A stretch of DNA of 64,000 bases from contig OX597837.1 of assembly GCA_951406725.2 (NCBI GenBank), positions 31,682,001 through 31,746,000 of the forward strand, read 5' to 3'. Below the pieces are notes generated by a model. It did not search any database. It was given only the letters and a program-made list of their open reading frames with translations, and had not been told where the DNA came from. Source of the DNA: Octopus vulgaris (taxonomy: Eukaryota). A program made the position numbers and the translations under genes. How positions within the stretch are numbered: the stretch's first letter is position 1; each line of letters begins with the position of its first letter. Of this stretch, positions 26,442 to 40,274 are shown in pieces.

Positions 26442-26627
26442 AGAGTTTACGAAAAAAAGAAAAGACGAAGACAGGTGGTGTACAAAGCAAACAGATGTAT
26501 TAGTATAACGCTCAGGAATAGAAAAAGTCTTTTACGTTTCGAGCCTACGCCCTTCTACAGAAGGGACACAGAAAAAACAAGGAGAGGAAAAAATGTGTGT
26601 AGTGGCTAACGATCTATCTTGGCGACT
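26440..26627 (-). mobile_element. Penelope-like terminal-repeat fragment with HHR-like motif (26527-26565)
   Basis: Homologous to 16150-16300 and 56835-57020. Abuts (TA)n. Confidence 0.75.
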
Positions 26628-26639
26628 GATATATATACG

Positions 26640-26699
<60 letters not shown>

Positions 26700-27018
26700 T
26701 ATATATATTTATAAATTTAAAATTAAGATTCTAGGTAATTAGATTGAGGCACGTTGCTATGTTGATATAATCCACACGACCAAACAATATTAATTGAATA
26801 TTGAGTATCAAGACTCCATACAGGAGTGTTATACATGATTTTCCTACAGTCTGTGCAAACAATGCAACCCAGCTAAGTGAAGATATCCGCCCTTGGTAAT
26901 TCAGATGTGTACTTTTTATAAAGATACTTTTTATAAAGTTACTTAAAAAGGCACTTTTTATTACTTGTCCCTTTGTTGCTTTTTTTAAATTATATTCCCA
27001 TTTAATATTTCTTTCTTT

Positions 27019-27413
27019 CTTTTCTTTTACTTGTTTCAGGAATTTGACTGCAGCCATGCTGGAGCACCGCCTTTAGTCGAGCAAATCGACCCCGGAACTT
27101 ATTCTTTGTAAGCCCAGTACTTATTCTATCGGTCTCTTTTTGCCGAACCGCAAAGTGACGGGAATGTAAACACACCAGCAATGCTAGGGGGACAAACACA
27201 GACACACAAACTCACACACATACACATATATATATATATATACATATATACGACAGGCTTCTTTCAGTTTCCGTCTACCAAATCCACTCACAAGGCATTG
27301 GTCGGCCCGGGGCTATAGCAGAAGACACTTGCCCAAGATGCCACGCAGTGAGACTGAACCCAGAACCATGTGGTTGGTTAGCAAGCTACTTACCACACAG
27401 CCACTCCTGCGCC
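27019..27413 (-). mobile_element. SINE family B (tRNA head, CORE-like segment, internal TA/TG microsatellite, AAAAGAGT-type tail)
   Basis: Matches the other family B copies, e.g. 58641-59027 and 61889-62343. Confidence 0.92.
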
Positions 27414-27895
27414 TATGATAATCAAAATAAGTGTTGGCCATCAATATCCTTTTTTTTTCCAATTATCAACCTCTCCCCATCAGTTATTACCTTACTACTA
27501 ATCCTAAGCCCTACCCTCTTGTGTAGATAAATGTAGATATATGGTTCCAGTACCTTGAGAGTCTAGTAGCTTGATATGATATTAATTGATTTATCTCCAT
27601 AAGCTAGAATACAGTTGATAAGTCCCAGCGGATTTGATTCTATATGGCTGAAGACTACATTCTACATAAAGTTTTCTAAATGGAAGTAACCATGTCACCA
27701 CTCTTATTAACCTGTCCCTCACCAATTCCTCTGCTACCCTCCCAATTATAGCAGACTTAACAAGGTATGCATTATTTTCTAAACTCATTCTGCTGCAGAT
27801 ATGACAAAAGAAACAATGTAAATATTTCGAGTTCTGTTATTGATGTGAATATGTTAAGAAAATGGCTGTATCCTTTATGTTTGAAGTCTACGAGG

Positions 27896-27980
27896 TCATC
27901 TGACGAGAACGGTTTCTTTCAAATGATGTAATGTTTTTTCCTTAATCAGTTAAAAGAGTCGCTTGAAACGGCCGTAATGA
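27896..27980 (+). ncRNA. Hammerhead motif with extended helix II
   Basis: UCAU-CUGACGA-(58-nt stem-loop)-GAAA-CGGCCG-UA-AUGA, about 30 nt before (TA)n. Confidence 0.65.
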
Positions 27981-28004
27981 ACTGATACCTGTACATCTTT
28001 GTTA

Positions 28005-28040
<36 letters not shown>

Positions 28041-28149
28041 TACATGAATACATAAAATATTTGAAAATATTTATTTATATATATATATATGATTATTATT
28101 ATTATTAATTATTATCTTAAGTAAAATGAATAATAGCAACAATGATAAG

Positions 28150-28221
<72 letters not shown>

Positions 28222-28995
28222 GTATATACATGCACTTGTTTACACATGTATCTACTTAAAATATATACATGAATCTATGAATTCAAACCCATTCAACCTC
28301 TCGAGAAGCCGTGTTAATAAATTAAAGTTAATCTTCAAAGTCTATTTTAAGTCATCTCTGGAATAAAAAGTTACATTTATCCGAAGTGTTTGGGGGTGAA
28401 ATGGCAATGACAATCATTCAATCATGGAAGAAAGCTATATTCCAAGCTTCCATGCATTTTGAATGAAATTTAAGTAAACGCGTAAAATTGAAATGAGAAT
28501 CAAGAAAAATAAATTGAACGCATGTCAAAGAACTCTGTAAAAGTTCGACTTATAATCGAGCTTGCCATTCTAAGGCCGTTCCTTTTATCCACTCGGGGAC
28601 ATAAAATCCGAGGCAATTTAGTCATCATCCCGTAAAAGAGCGGATATACGCAACACCTTCAAATATGTGGTGTCTTTCTCTGTTGGTGGTCTGAAGAATC
28701 ATAGGTCCAGCAAATGCTGATTGCCAGGACTCAGTACACAATTTAACTAAGAGGAAACATTTATGTGATAAAAGATGCCTGTAACCTGCTATGTCAAAAT
28801 GTCAGCTGCAATTTGCTACTCATGAACGAGCAATGGCCACATTAATTGTATGTTCCATCGTGTATGTGTGCATGTGTTCAGGTAGGAATATTTGTGTACG
28901 TATGTATATATATGTTTGTGTGAGTGTTAGTATATACACATATGCACTATCTTTTTTTTCTCTCTCACTGTATGTCCATACATATGTATGCAAAT

Positions 28996-29049
<54 letters not shown>

Positions 29050-29537
29050 TTACTGAATATCAGTTTTTTATGCGTTAAACTGATATCATTAAATTAATAT
29101 ACAGTTTTTCACCCTCATTTTGATTTTAATTCTTAATTAATATTGTTCTCAAACCGGCGTTAACTACTGCAGTGAATTGTTTTATGCGGTATTTATTTCC
29201 GGAAATTTGGCGCGCTGGACGAGGGCATTTGAATATAACTATGAATGTAATAGGTCGTACTGCTCGCATTTTTGGCCTCGTGTTAATATATGGCGTGCAG
29301 TTCAACAAATTATATTCTTGACAGACTCTACTGACGACCTGCGAATTAATTGTGTAAGTAAATTTGCATAATTTATTAACAGTGAAACAATTGTATAGGG
29401 TTAATCTATATTTTTTTTTTCATTTGTCCTGCCCGCTTACATTCATGGTGTGCTAAATTTTTTCTTGAGAACAACTTTTCGTGGCTAGCGTAAGGGAGTT
29501 CACTTTTAGCGGATTCCCTCTCATATATGTATAAATA

Positions 29538-29576
<39 letters not shown>

Positions 29577-29775
29577 TTAAAAAAGGAGATGTGGAACACG
29601 AGTTGTGATATATAAAAAAAGGAAATGAAGAAAATGCTGACAAAATAATTTAAGTAAGGGAGAGTGTATTTAATTAGGTGAAAGTTCTTTTTACCGGTTG
29701 CGCATTTGTTATGCTTATCAAAAGATATTTTGAGTGAGATAGAGTTCCTTTCTGATTGATTTTTTTCTCTTATCT

Positions 29776-29823
<48 letters not shown>

Positions 29824-30108
29824 TATGTAAATGTATATATACACGTACATATACATATACACTAATGAGTGGACAAACGAAATAAAGTGGCACTGAACCA
29901 ATTTGGTAGGAATTAAATGTATTGTTTAATAGCGGTTTGATTTGGTTCAATGAAACGTAAAGTTTCGTAGGCTGACCAAATGAACCTAACAGCTGAGGAT
30001 CGTAGAAACCGTATGAGACAAGTCTAAGACGACTTCTGGATGTTGTGCCGCTATTGGTCAACGCAGTTCTCATGCTGTTATTGATCTCATAGCGACGTCA
30101 ATTTCAAT

Positions 30109-30182
30109 CTGTATTCCAATCAGGACCACGAGCGAGGACAGATTGCTGTATTCCAATCAGGACCACGAGCGAGGACAGATTG
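30109..30182. repeat. 37-bp perfect tandem duplication
   Basis: CTGTATTCCAATCAGGACCACGAGCGAGGACAGATTG x2. Confidence 0.95.
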
Positions 30183-30241
30183 TTTGTGACAACTCTCTAT
30201 CTAGAAAGTGAGGTGTGGTTTTTAGCAACATTAGATCAATA

Positions 30242-30278
<37 letters not shown>

Positions 30279-30717
30279 TGTATGTGTGTCTGGTGTTTGT
30301 GCGCGTGCATCTGATATCTTAGCATTCGTTTCTCTGTTGAGACATACTGCTGATTGGAGGAGCATGTGTATATATCTGGTGTATGTATGTATGTATGTAT
30401 GTAGTTATGTATGTATGTATGTATGTATGTATGTATGTGTGTATGTATGTATGCATGCATGCATGTATGTATGTATGTATGTATGTATGTATGTATGCAT
30501 GCATGCATGCATGTATGTATGTATGTATGTATGTATGTATGTATGTATGTATGTGTATGTATGTATGTATGTATGTATGTACGTACGTATGTATGTATGT
30601 AGTTATGTATGTATGTATGTATGTATGTATGCATGTATGTATGTATGTATGTATGTATGTACGTATGTATGTATGTATGTAGTTATGTATGTATGTATGT
30701 ATGTATGTATGTATGTA

Positions 30718-30823
30718 TGCTTTCCTAATTCTATATGGAACTTCATCATCCACATTGCCATATCTATTAATAGTGCTTCCCAGGTAGACAAACTGATCGA
30801 CTACATCAAGTCGTTTACCATTG
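30718..30823 (-). mobile_element. RTE-clade RT fragment embedded in (TATG)n
   Basis: NGKRLDVVDQFVYLGSTINRYGNVDDEVPYRIRKA (F.YLGS...RI.KA motif). Confidence 0.8.
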
Positions 30824-31248
30824 TATGTATGTATGTATGTATGTATGTATGTATGTATGTATGTATGTATGTATGTATGTATGTATGTGTGTATGTATGT
30901 ATGTATGTATGTATGTATGTATGTATGTATGTATGTGTGTGTGTGTACGTGATGCAAAAATTTAACGTGGATAGAGTAATGACATTTAAGTCATATGGTA
31001 AGTTGCCGGTTATTATATCACAAGCTATTTCTGTAGCAGACGAAGTCTTCAGCAGAGGCGGTGATACTTCTTTGCTACTTAACCGTATACATCTATATTA
31101 GATGCTTTCTCAAGACAAACACCGCAGTATTGTGGCTTCCTGTTGTATATCCATGTTAAATGAGATATATAGATTCATACAGGTGCGTCTATATATATAT
31201 TTATGGCCTCGAACACACGAGTGCAAACAAGGGAGACAGAGAAAGGCA

Positions 31249-31340
<92 letters not shown>

Positions 31341-31351
31341 GTATATATATA

Positions 31352-31646
31352 GGCATAGGAGTGGCTGTGTTGTAAATAGCTTGCTTACCAGCCACATGGT
31401 TCCGGGTTCAGTTCCACTGCGTGGCCCCTGGGGCAAGTGTCTTCTACTATATCTTCGGGCCGACCAAAGCTTTGTGAGTGGATTTGGTAGACGGAAACTG
31501 AAAGAAGCCCGTCGTATATATGTATATGCATATGTATGTGTGTGTGTGTATGTTTGAGTGTCTGTGTTTGTGCCCTCAACATCGCTTGACAACCGATGCT
31601 GGTGTGTTTACGTCCCCGTAACCTAGCGGTTCGGCAAAAGAGACCG
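31352..31646 (+). mobile_element. SINE family B, 3'-truncated
   Basis: Matches the family B sequence. Confidence 0.9.
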
Positions 31647-31694
31647 TTATTCATTATATTTGGGGTTGTTATTATTTAGAATTTATTCATGCAC

Positions 31695-31725
<31 letters not shown>

Positions 31726-32300
31726 TGTATGTATGCATGTATGTATGTATGTATGTATGTATGTATGTATGTATGTATGTATGTATGTATGTATGTATGT
31801 ATGCATGTATGTACGTATGTAAGTATGTATGTAGGCATGTAAGGTGCACGCATTTGTGTGGGAGTATTACATCAGAGAAGAAGTAAAATAAGGGAAAATA
31901 ATTCTACCTTTTTATATTCTTATGATGATGTGAATGATCATCAAATCCTGGGTAAATTTCTGCTTCTGGCTGGCCATGGGCGAATACGGGTTCTCTGGTC
32001 GTAAAATAATAGATTAACTGTTAGCAAAGTTCGGAGGAATACGAAGATAAATTTGACAAAATTTTTGCTAAATGTTGAGATGGTAAGATTTTGATAAAAT
32101 TCATTATTCGCAAATTTGCATTTATGATAATTCGATCCTGTACATTGAAAGTGACATCGATTAATCTGTCAATAGTCTGATTTAATGGGTTATTAATAAT
32201 GTTAAAGATCATTTCCAGGCGTGTAATCTTTTTTTACGCTAAACACAGGTGCAAATAAGGTAAACTTTTCTTACCAAACTTTTGTTGAAATACGCCTTTA

Positions 32301-32629
32301 TTACAATTAATATTGAAAATATTGGGAAATTTAGTTAAATCCCTTAGACATTTTTAAACTTTTGCTATCATATTTTTGTTAAAATACACAATTATTTCTT
32401 TCAATAATTTTTACAATTAATATTGAAAATATTGGGAAATTTAATTAAATCCCTTAGTCATTTTTAAACTTTTGCTATCATATTTTTGTTAAAATACACA
32501 TTATTTGTTTCAATAATTTTTACAATTAATATTGAAAATATTGGGAAATTTAATTAAATCCCTTAGTCATTTTTAAACTTTTGCTATCATATTTTTGCTA
32601 AAATACACATTATTTGTTTCAATAATTTT
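32301..32629. repeat. About 110-bp AT-rich tandem repeat x3
   Basis: TTACAATTAATATTGAAAATATTGGG starts at 32301, 32411 and 32520. Confidence 0.95.
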
Positions 32630-33348
32630 TGAAAATAATGAAAAATTTAGATAATGAAACCTTTTAGTTGAATTATAAATCAACAAGAAATTTTAGAGGA
32701 AGATTTTAATTAAGATTAGTTTAGATCAGTTTAAAGCAGTAAGTGGTCTGCGGTAGATTGTTATCAAATGATAGGTTTGATACCAACTTTGCCCTGATCT
32801 GAATTTAAACTTTCCATCTTAATACTAAAGGGTATTTTGCGCTATACTTAGAGAATTTATAATACACTGCGTTCATAAATAAGTTGAATAAATTATGTTG
32901 GTATGGTTGCCTGGTTTAGATGCTCGCTTTGCAACGTCCCATCGTGTGGCACCATAGCTAAGTATCTTCCACTTATCTCTTCGTTGGCAGATAGTTCAGA
33001 TATACAAAGACAACTATTTTCAATGCTAGAACCAGTAATATTTTTAAGGCTGATTTGAAATTTTACTTACGCACTTTCATTGGTTTTGTGGTAAGGTTGG
33101 TGTACCCGTGCCCAAATTCAAATTAACATCTAGAAACTTAACCTTACTGTTATTTTCCAATGGAAATAGACAGGCCCAGACTTTTAAATAATTTAAGAAT
33201 TTTTTCAGGGATTGTTTCCAGATTTTCGTTACTAATTTAAGTTTGAACCCACTAAATGTACTGAAATGCTACGTCAAAGGACAAAAAAAAATTTATCCTG
33301 CAGAAACACAAGTTGGATTGAAAATTGATGAGAATAATAAGTAGATAA

Positions 33349-33511
33349 GGCGTAGGAGTGGCTGTGTGGTAAGTAGCTTGTTTACCAACCACATGGTTCC
33401 GGGTTCAGTCCCACTGCGTGGCACCTTGGGCAAGTGTCTTCTACTATAGCCTCGGGCCGACCAAAGCCTTGTGACTGGATTTGGTAGACGGAAACTGAAA
33501 GAGGCCCGTCG

Positions 33512-33550
<39 letters not shown>

Positions 33551-33758
33551 GTGTATATGTTTGTGTGTCTGTGTTTGTCCCCCCAACGTCGCTTGACAAC
33601 CGATGCTGGTGTATTTACGTCCCCGTAACTTAGCGGTTTGGCAAAGTAGACCGATAGAGTAAGTACGAGGCTTACAAAGAATATGTCCTGGGGGTCGATT
33701 TGCTCGACTAAAGGCGGTGCTCCAGCATGGCCACAGTCAAATGACTGAAACAAGTGAA

Positions 33759-33760
<2 letters not shown>
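33349..33760 (+). mobile_element. SINE family B, full length
   Basis: Matches the family B sequence. Confidence 0.92.
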
Positions 33761-33834
<74 letters not shown>

Positions 33835-33884
33835 ATTTAGAAGAAAATTCGGACGCATTTCCAACTTTTTCTTAGTATATTTCC

Positions 33885-33966
33885 ATTTTTCCCGAGCGTT
33901 AAACTAATACGCTTGCTTGTTGTTCCTACACCAGTCTTCGTCTTTTGTTTTCAGTAAATTTGTACT
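33885..33966 (+). mobile_element. Penelope-like terminal-repeat 3' tip
   Basis: AGCGTTAAACTAATAC...GTCTTCGTC...GTAAATT matches 16226-16295 and is followed by (TA)n. Confidence 0.65.
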
Positions 33967-34068
33967 ATATATATATATATATATATATATAATAAATATT
34001 AGGGAATAAATCCAAACTTACAGGGAAAAATCAGATTTAGGATTGAATCCAATTTTATGCTAAAATAT

Positions 34069-34325
34069 TATATTATATTAAATTAGAGACAAAACCACTA
34101 TTAGGCAAATCATACAATGAAAACCTTAAGCCAATACATAAGATTATTTAATTTATATTATTTAAATATATAACAAAATTATTAAAAAAATATAATTAAT
34201 ATTATTATTTATATTTTTTTAATAATTTTGTTATATATTTAAATAATATAAATCAAATAATCTTATGTATTGGCTTAAGTTTTTCATTGTATGATTTGCC
34301 TAATAGTGGTTTTGTCTCTCATTTA

Positions 34326-34335
<10 letters not shown>
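34069..34335. repeat. Near-perfect hairpin/palindrome (arms about 127 bp, loop about 13 nt)
   Basis: GAGACAAAACCACTATTAGGCAAATCATACAATG and its reverse complement. TA-flanked. Confidence 0.92.
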
Positions 34336-34375
<40 letters not shown>

Positions 34376-34377
34376 TA

Positions 34378-34426
<49 letters not shown>

Positions 34427-34608
34427 GAAGATAAGGAGATAAAAAGAAGTTGTCATTGAAATATATTCAATACTTACAAAGGTCCTACATCATCCGATAA
34501 TTTGAATACATTTCCCAAACTACTATTTACTGATGGATTTGTATGACAGCAACAGGCTGCTAATAGCAACTGGTAACGAGAATAATAATGATGAGGATAA
34601 TAATAATG

Positions 34609-34672
<64 letters not shown>

Positions 34673-34675
34673 TAA

Positions 34676-34823
34676 TATTTTAATTTAACCTTAAAAAAAT
34701 GAACGAACTATTGAGTTTGGTTTGATGGCCTACCAATGTATACTATGAGTTTCTTTGCCCTAGGAGTCGGGAAGACGCTCGGCAAGAAATGGAAGCAAAT
34801 TTGAAAGAAGAAGAAAAAAAAAC
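34676..34823 (+). mobile_element. R4/Dong LINE, 3'UTR-only copy inserted in (AAT)n
   Basis: Nearly identical to 36535-36649, with (AAT)n on both sides. Confidence 0.85.
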
Positions 34824-34870
<47 letters not shown>

Positions 34871-34947
34871 TAATAATAATAATAATGATGATGATGATGA
34901 TGACGATGATGATGATGATGATGACGATGATGATAATAATAATAATG

Positions 34948-36649
34948 ATAAGCCATCTATTTTATATGGATGACTTAAAACTCTATGGTAAAGACGATAA
35001 TGAACTTGAAGGCCTATTGCGCACTGTGAAAGCATTCAGCGATGATATCGGGATGGAGTTTAGGCTTGAGAAGTGTGCCAAGGCCACTTTCCAGAAAGGG
35101 AAAGTGAAGACCACAAATTCAGTCGTGTTAGATGTTGACACAGTCATAAGAGAGCTTGAGCAAGAACAAACATACAAATATTTAGGGATAAATGAAGGCT
35201 CTGGTATTCAGCATGCAAGCATGAAAGAGAAGATCAGGAAGGAATGTTATAGGAGAGTTTGTGCAGTCCTGAAATCTGAACTAAATGCACGTAACAAGGT
35301 GTTAGCTATAAATTCCTTAGCAGTTCCAGTTGTTACTTATAGCTACAATGTGTTGAACTGGAATATGAGTGAAGTAAAGAATATAGATAGGAAAATACGC
35401 AAGCTGCTGAGTTGTACTAGGATGCACCACCCAAAGGCAGACGTAGATCGCCTTTACCTTCCCAGAGCCCAAGGAGGTCGAGGCCTGATCCAATTTGAAC
35501 CAGCTTACAAAACAACCACAATTGGACTGGCCAAATATCTTGAAATAACGAATGACTGGATGCTAAAGCTCGTGGAAAATCACGAGAGACGAAAGAAGCT
35601 TCATTCTATCATAAAGGAAAGCAAAAAATTTGCTATTGATCTCGTGCAGGATACCCAAACTGAACAACCCGAGGGAAGTACGGCAACTATTGTTGCAAAG
35701 AAGGTGAAAATAATGGCAACGAAAAAAGCGCACGATCAATTGGCTGATAGGTGGGGGGAGAAACCTCTGCACGGCAAATATGTGGCCCGTAGCAAACAAG
35801 CTGATGTTGACCAGGAGCAAACCCATCAGTGGCTACGGGGCTCAGGGCTAAAAGCAGAGAGCGAAGGTTTCATCCTGGCTGCTCAAGATCAAAGCCTATT
35901 AACCTGGAACTACCAGGCCAATGTGATGAAAAATGGAGCAGACCCAAAATGCCGATTCTTCAACGACATGATTGAAAAAGGGGACCACCTAATCTCTGGA
36001 TGTAAAGTCTTAGCACCAGTGGAGTATAAATTAAGACATGACAGAGTTGGCCAATATCTACACTGGCTAATAAGTTGGCATTACAATATCAAAACTGCCA
36101 ACAAGTGGTATAATCACCACCCTGAAGCTGTAACTGAAGGAGAAAATGTAACGATTCTGTGGGACTTTCCAGTACATACAGACCGAACCATCAAAGCCAA
36201 AATACCAGATATTGTTGTGAAAGACAAAAACAATAAAGTTTGCTTATTGATCGACATGAACATCCCCTGTGATCATAATATCTCGGCGAAAGAGTTTGAC
36301 AAGCTCAGAAAATATAAAGACCTGCTCATTGAAATTGAGAAAATGTGGCATCTCAAGGCGGTTACAATACCAGTGATCGTAGGAGCACTAGGAATGATCA
36401 AGAAGGGAAGCGAAAATTATATGAGAATGATCCCTGGCTTACCATCCCTGCAAGAAGTGCAAAAGATTGTCTTAACTGGTACATCACACGTATTGAGAAG
36501 AGCATTGTCAATGTGAGAACTATTACTACGCATGTATTTTAATTTAACTTAAATAAAAAAAAATGAACGAACTATTGAGTTTAGTTTAATGGCCTACCAA
36601 TGTATACTATGAGTTTCTTTGCCCTAGGAGTCGGGAAGACACTCGGCAA
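34948..36649 (+). mobile_element. 5'-truncated R4/Dong-clade LINE (RT C-half, degenerate CCHC knuckle, restriction-like endonuclease)
   Basis: ISHLFYMDD, YKYLG, GGRGL, AAQDQ, CRFF..E..DHLISGC, RHD, WD, PDIVV, LID and K..KY. Starts in an (AAT)/(GAT) microsatellite, consistent with Dong targeting of (TAA)n. Stop at 36516. Confidence 0.93.
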
Positions 36650-37469
36650 ATTTTGGAGTTGCTCTTGTCTTACAAGTGTCTTCACCTGAGACTGTGTTGA
36701 AGCTAAATCAATTGCAGCGTTGAAACAAATTTTAGCTCTTGAAAAGCATACAAAGACTGTTAATAATCAAGTATTATAATTAATTAAAGTTTATATTAGG
36801 AAAAATATGGGGTAATTACCATATTCCAAATCAAAAACTCTTTCTCATTCAACTAACAGTCTCTCACTTTACTCGTCACAGTGGCAAGACTACTCGAACA
36901 AATCTGACCCTAGCATTTGTTTTCGGCTTGACACTGATGCCATCGGACCCTTTTGCTGGACCACCAAGTTATGAAGATGTAAACAAACCAACAAAAGATG
37001 TCAAGCCGTGGTGGTGATGGTGGGGCAAGCTCAAATTTACATACACACACAATCGCGCACATACACAAGTAGAAGAATAATAAAAAGATATATAGGGGAA
37101 ACTCAAGAAATGAAGTCAAAGGAAAAGTTATACTTACGCAAAAAAGTTTTACAAGAAGCATGTCTTAATGGCAAACAGAAAGAAGATCAGTGAAGAGTGC
37201 AAGTTCTGCAATGGACAAGGAAAGACAGACATAATCACGGCTTAAATGTATGAAAATTCGGCCACGTTTCAATAGTAAAGACTTCTCAACTAACAACAAG
37301 AACACTACATTTCGAAAGGTTGAGTCAAACCTTAATTTTTTGAGGTGATTGATTTGGACAAGTGAACGTTCTCTTTGTTATACTTTGGTATAAATATTGT
37401 GTTGTGGAAAAGCACCTCGTGCACTCACACACACAAACACATACTCACACTCACACATACACACACACA

Positions 37470-37500
<31 letters not shown>

Positions 37501-37529
37501 TCACAGACACACAAACACAAACACACACA

Positions 37530-37675
<146 letters not shown>

Positions 37676-37852
37676 CAGGAATAACCACTAATAGTGGACA
37701 GCCTGTAAGCTAGAAATAGAACGGCAACGAGAAACTCAGAGTAACAGATTTTGTTGAATTTTCTGCTGCTTAAAATAAAGCATATTACTCTACCACTGGT
37801 ATTTGAGTACTAAATTTTTTCCACCTTGTTTCACATTTATGTGTTTACTCCG

Positions 37853-37941
<89 letters not shown>

Positions 37942-38069
37942 GGTAATATCATTCAGGTAATATATCAGATGACATAAAGTAATAGGTACATACGACTAGA
38001 GCACAGGCTGACTTGCTGCCTAAATTTCAGCATGAACTAATCTATCTCAGTGCTTATTTTCTTTTTAAC

Positions 38070-38283
38070 CCTGCTACTTATTCTATCGGGCTCTTTGCCG
38101 TTCCGCTAAGTTACGGGGACGTTAACGCTCCAACACTCGTTGTCAAGCGGTGGTGGACACAAACCCACAGAAATATATATATATATATGTTGTGGAAAAG
38201 CACCTTGTGCACTCACACACACAAACACATACTCACACTCACACACACACACACACACTCACACACACACAAACACACACACA

Positions 38284-38381
<98 letters not shown>

Positions 38382-38558
38382 AATATATACATAAACACGG
38401 CGGGTTTCTTTCAGCTTCCGTTTACGAAATCCACAAGGCTTCTGATCGGCCTGAGGATATAGTAGAAGACACTTGCACCAAGGTGCCATGCAGTGGAATT
38501 GAACCTGGAACCATGTGGTTGGTAAGCAAACTTCTTACCACACAGCTACACCTGTACC
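38070..38558 (-). mobile_element. SINE family B, diverged and interrupted by a copied local segment
   Basis: Family B halves at 38070-38175 and 38395-38558. Confidence 0.8.
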
Positions 38559-38589
38559 TATATATTCAATATATGGAAATTGATACAAT

Positions 38590-38661
<72 letters not shown>

Positions 38662-38944
38662 CCCTCTCGCTTTCTCTTCCACGCTTGCCTTTCCCCCATC
38701 TCTGTCTGTCTTTGTAATCTTCTCCCTCTCTCCCCCTCTCTCTCTTTGTTTCTGTTTCCCTCTCTTCTCTCCCTTTCTCTCTCGTAACCATTACTCATCT
38801 GGTAACTTCAATTAAGCAATAATTATTTCTCCGAAGATTTACAAAGACTCGGATTATCTCACTTGATTACCCAATTCCCTTCAGAAATTTCCATTTCATC
38901 ACAACATAAATCTGCTGAAAGGAAAGAATGAAGAATAGCCCCAC

Positions 38945-39051
<107 letters not shown>

Positions 39052-39098
39052 TTATAAACATATACATATATATATATATATAAATATGTATATATTTT

Positions 39099-39135
<37 letters not shown>

Positions 39136-39161
39136 CGTGTGTGTGTAAATTATATATATAC

Positions 39162-39195
<34 letters not shown>

Positions 39196-39252
39196 GGATG
39201 TACGTACTCTATACACACATCTTTACATATATTTAGACACATACATATATAA

Positions 39253-39312
<60 letters not shown>

Positions 39313-39871
39313 ATATATATATCTATATATGTGTGTGTGTGTATAGGCATGTGCGTGTGTGCGTCTGTGCGTATATATATATGTATACGCATACACACAC
39401 TCACACATATTCGTGTATTTAAGTATATGTAAATCTTACACAAGCACTCACACGCCAATGTCTGTATCGCTGACGCATGCGTGCACGCATACACAACAAT
39501 TATATATAGGCCGACAGAAACAACTCAGTAGGCAAATTCGAACATGTAAGACGCGTTCTCTTTGATACCAGCCCTTGAGAGAAGCAGCTCTCTCTCCCCA
39601 AAGACCAAGTTGAGTGTTAAGCAACCAATGCTGGAATTCAACAAATACGATGTGGATTGATTCGTAAATGGTTTGAGGAATTATTAGAAGATTCGAAATG
39701 TGTAGCCAGTCTGGCAATAGAAATACAATCTTGCTTACAGTCGTTGATGCTGTTGTTAGGATGTTTAGACCCAGGCGAATTTTGATAGTGTAGACTAATG
39801 GGGGTGGGATGGGGTGATCAAAGTGGTTTCTCATGGTGCCATACTGTTATTCTTTTATTATTTAGGCATAA

Positions 39872-40260
39872 GGTGGAGGTGCAATGGCCCAGTGGTTAGG
39901 GCAGCAGACTCGCGGTCGTAGGATTGCGGTTTCGATTCCCAGACCGGGCGTTGTGAGTGTTTATTGAGCGAAAACACCTAAAAAGCTCCACGAGGCTCCG
40001 GCAGGTGGGATGGTGGTGATCCCTGCTGTACTCTTTCGCCACGACTTTCTCTCACTCTTACTTCCTGTTTCTGTTGTACCTGTATTTCAAGGGGTCGGCC
40101 TTGTCACTCTCTGTGTCACGCTGAATACCCCCGAGAACTACGTTAAGGGTACACGTGTCTGTGGAGTGCTCAGCCACTTACACGTTAATTTCACGAGCAG
40201 GTTGTTCCGTTGATCGGATCAACCGGAACCCTCGTCGTCGTAACCGACGGAGTGCTTCCA
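39872..40260 (+). mobile_element. SINE family D (tRNA-like head) with 10-bp TSD
   Basis: A-box TGGCCCAGTGG and B-box GTTTCGATTC. TSD ATTTAGGCAT at 39860 and 40260. Confidence 0.8.
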
Positions 40261-40274
40261 TTTAGGCATCAGTT

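Noticed and set aside
29990-30015. Hammerhead-like fragments here and at 13160-13215, 44565-44600 and 61655-61685
   Set aside because: Each lacks helix I, a core half, or a pairable helix III, and is compatible with chance.
34789-36516. 575-aa membrane-anchored RT/endonuclease fusion protein
   Set aside because: The ATG lies in an upstream 3'UTR copy, the poly-Ile/Met segment is a microsatellite, the RT lacks its N-terminal half, and the knuckle has C-to-F. A chance in-frame join.
34676-36649. LTR retrotransposon suggested by flanking direct repeats
   Set aside because: The protein is a non-LTR R4-type RT with a restriction-like endonuclease. The repeats are two 3'UTRs without TG...CA ends, PBS or PPT.
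39872-39950. tRNA genes at SINE heads (also 25917, 47688, 58641)
   Set aside because: A and B boxes are present, but there is no complete cloverleaf and they continue into repeated SINE bodies.
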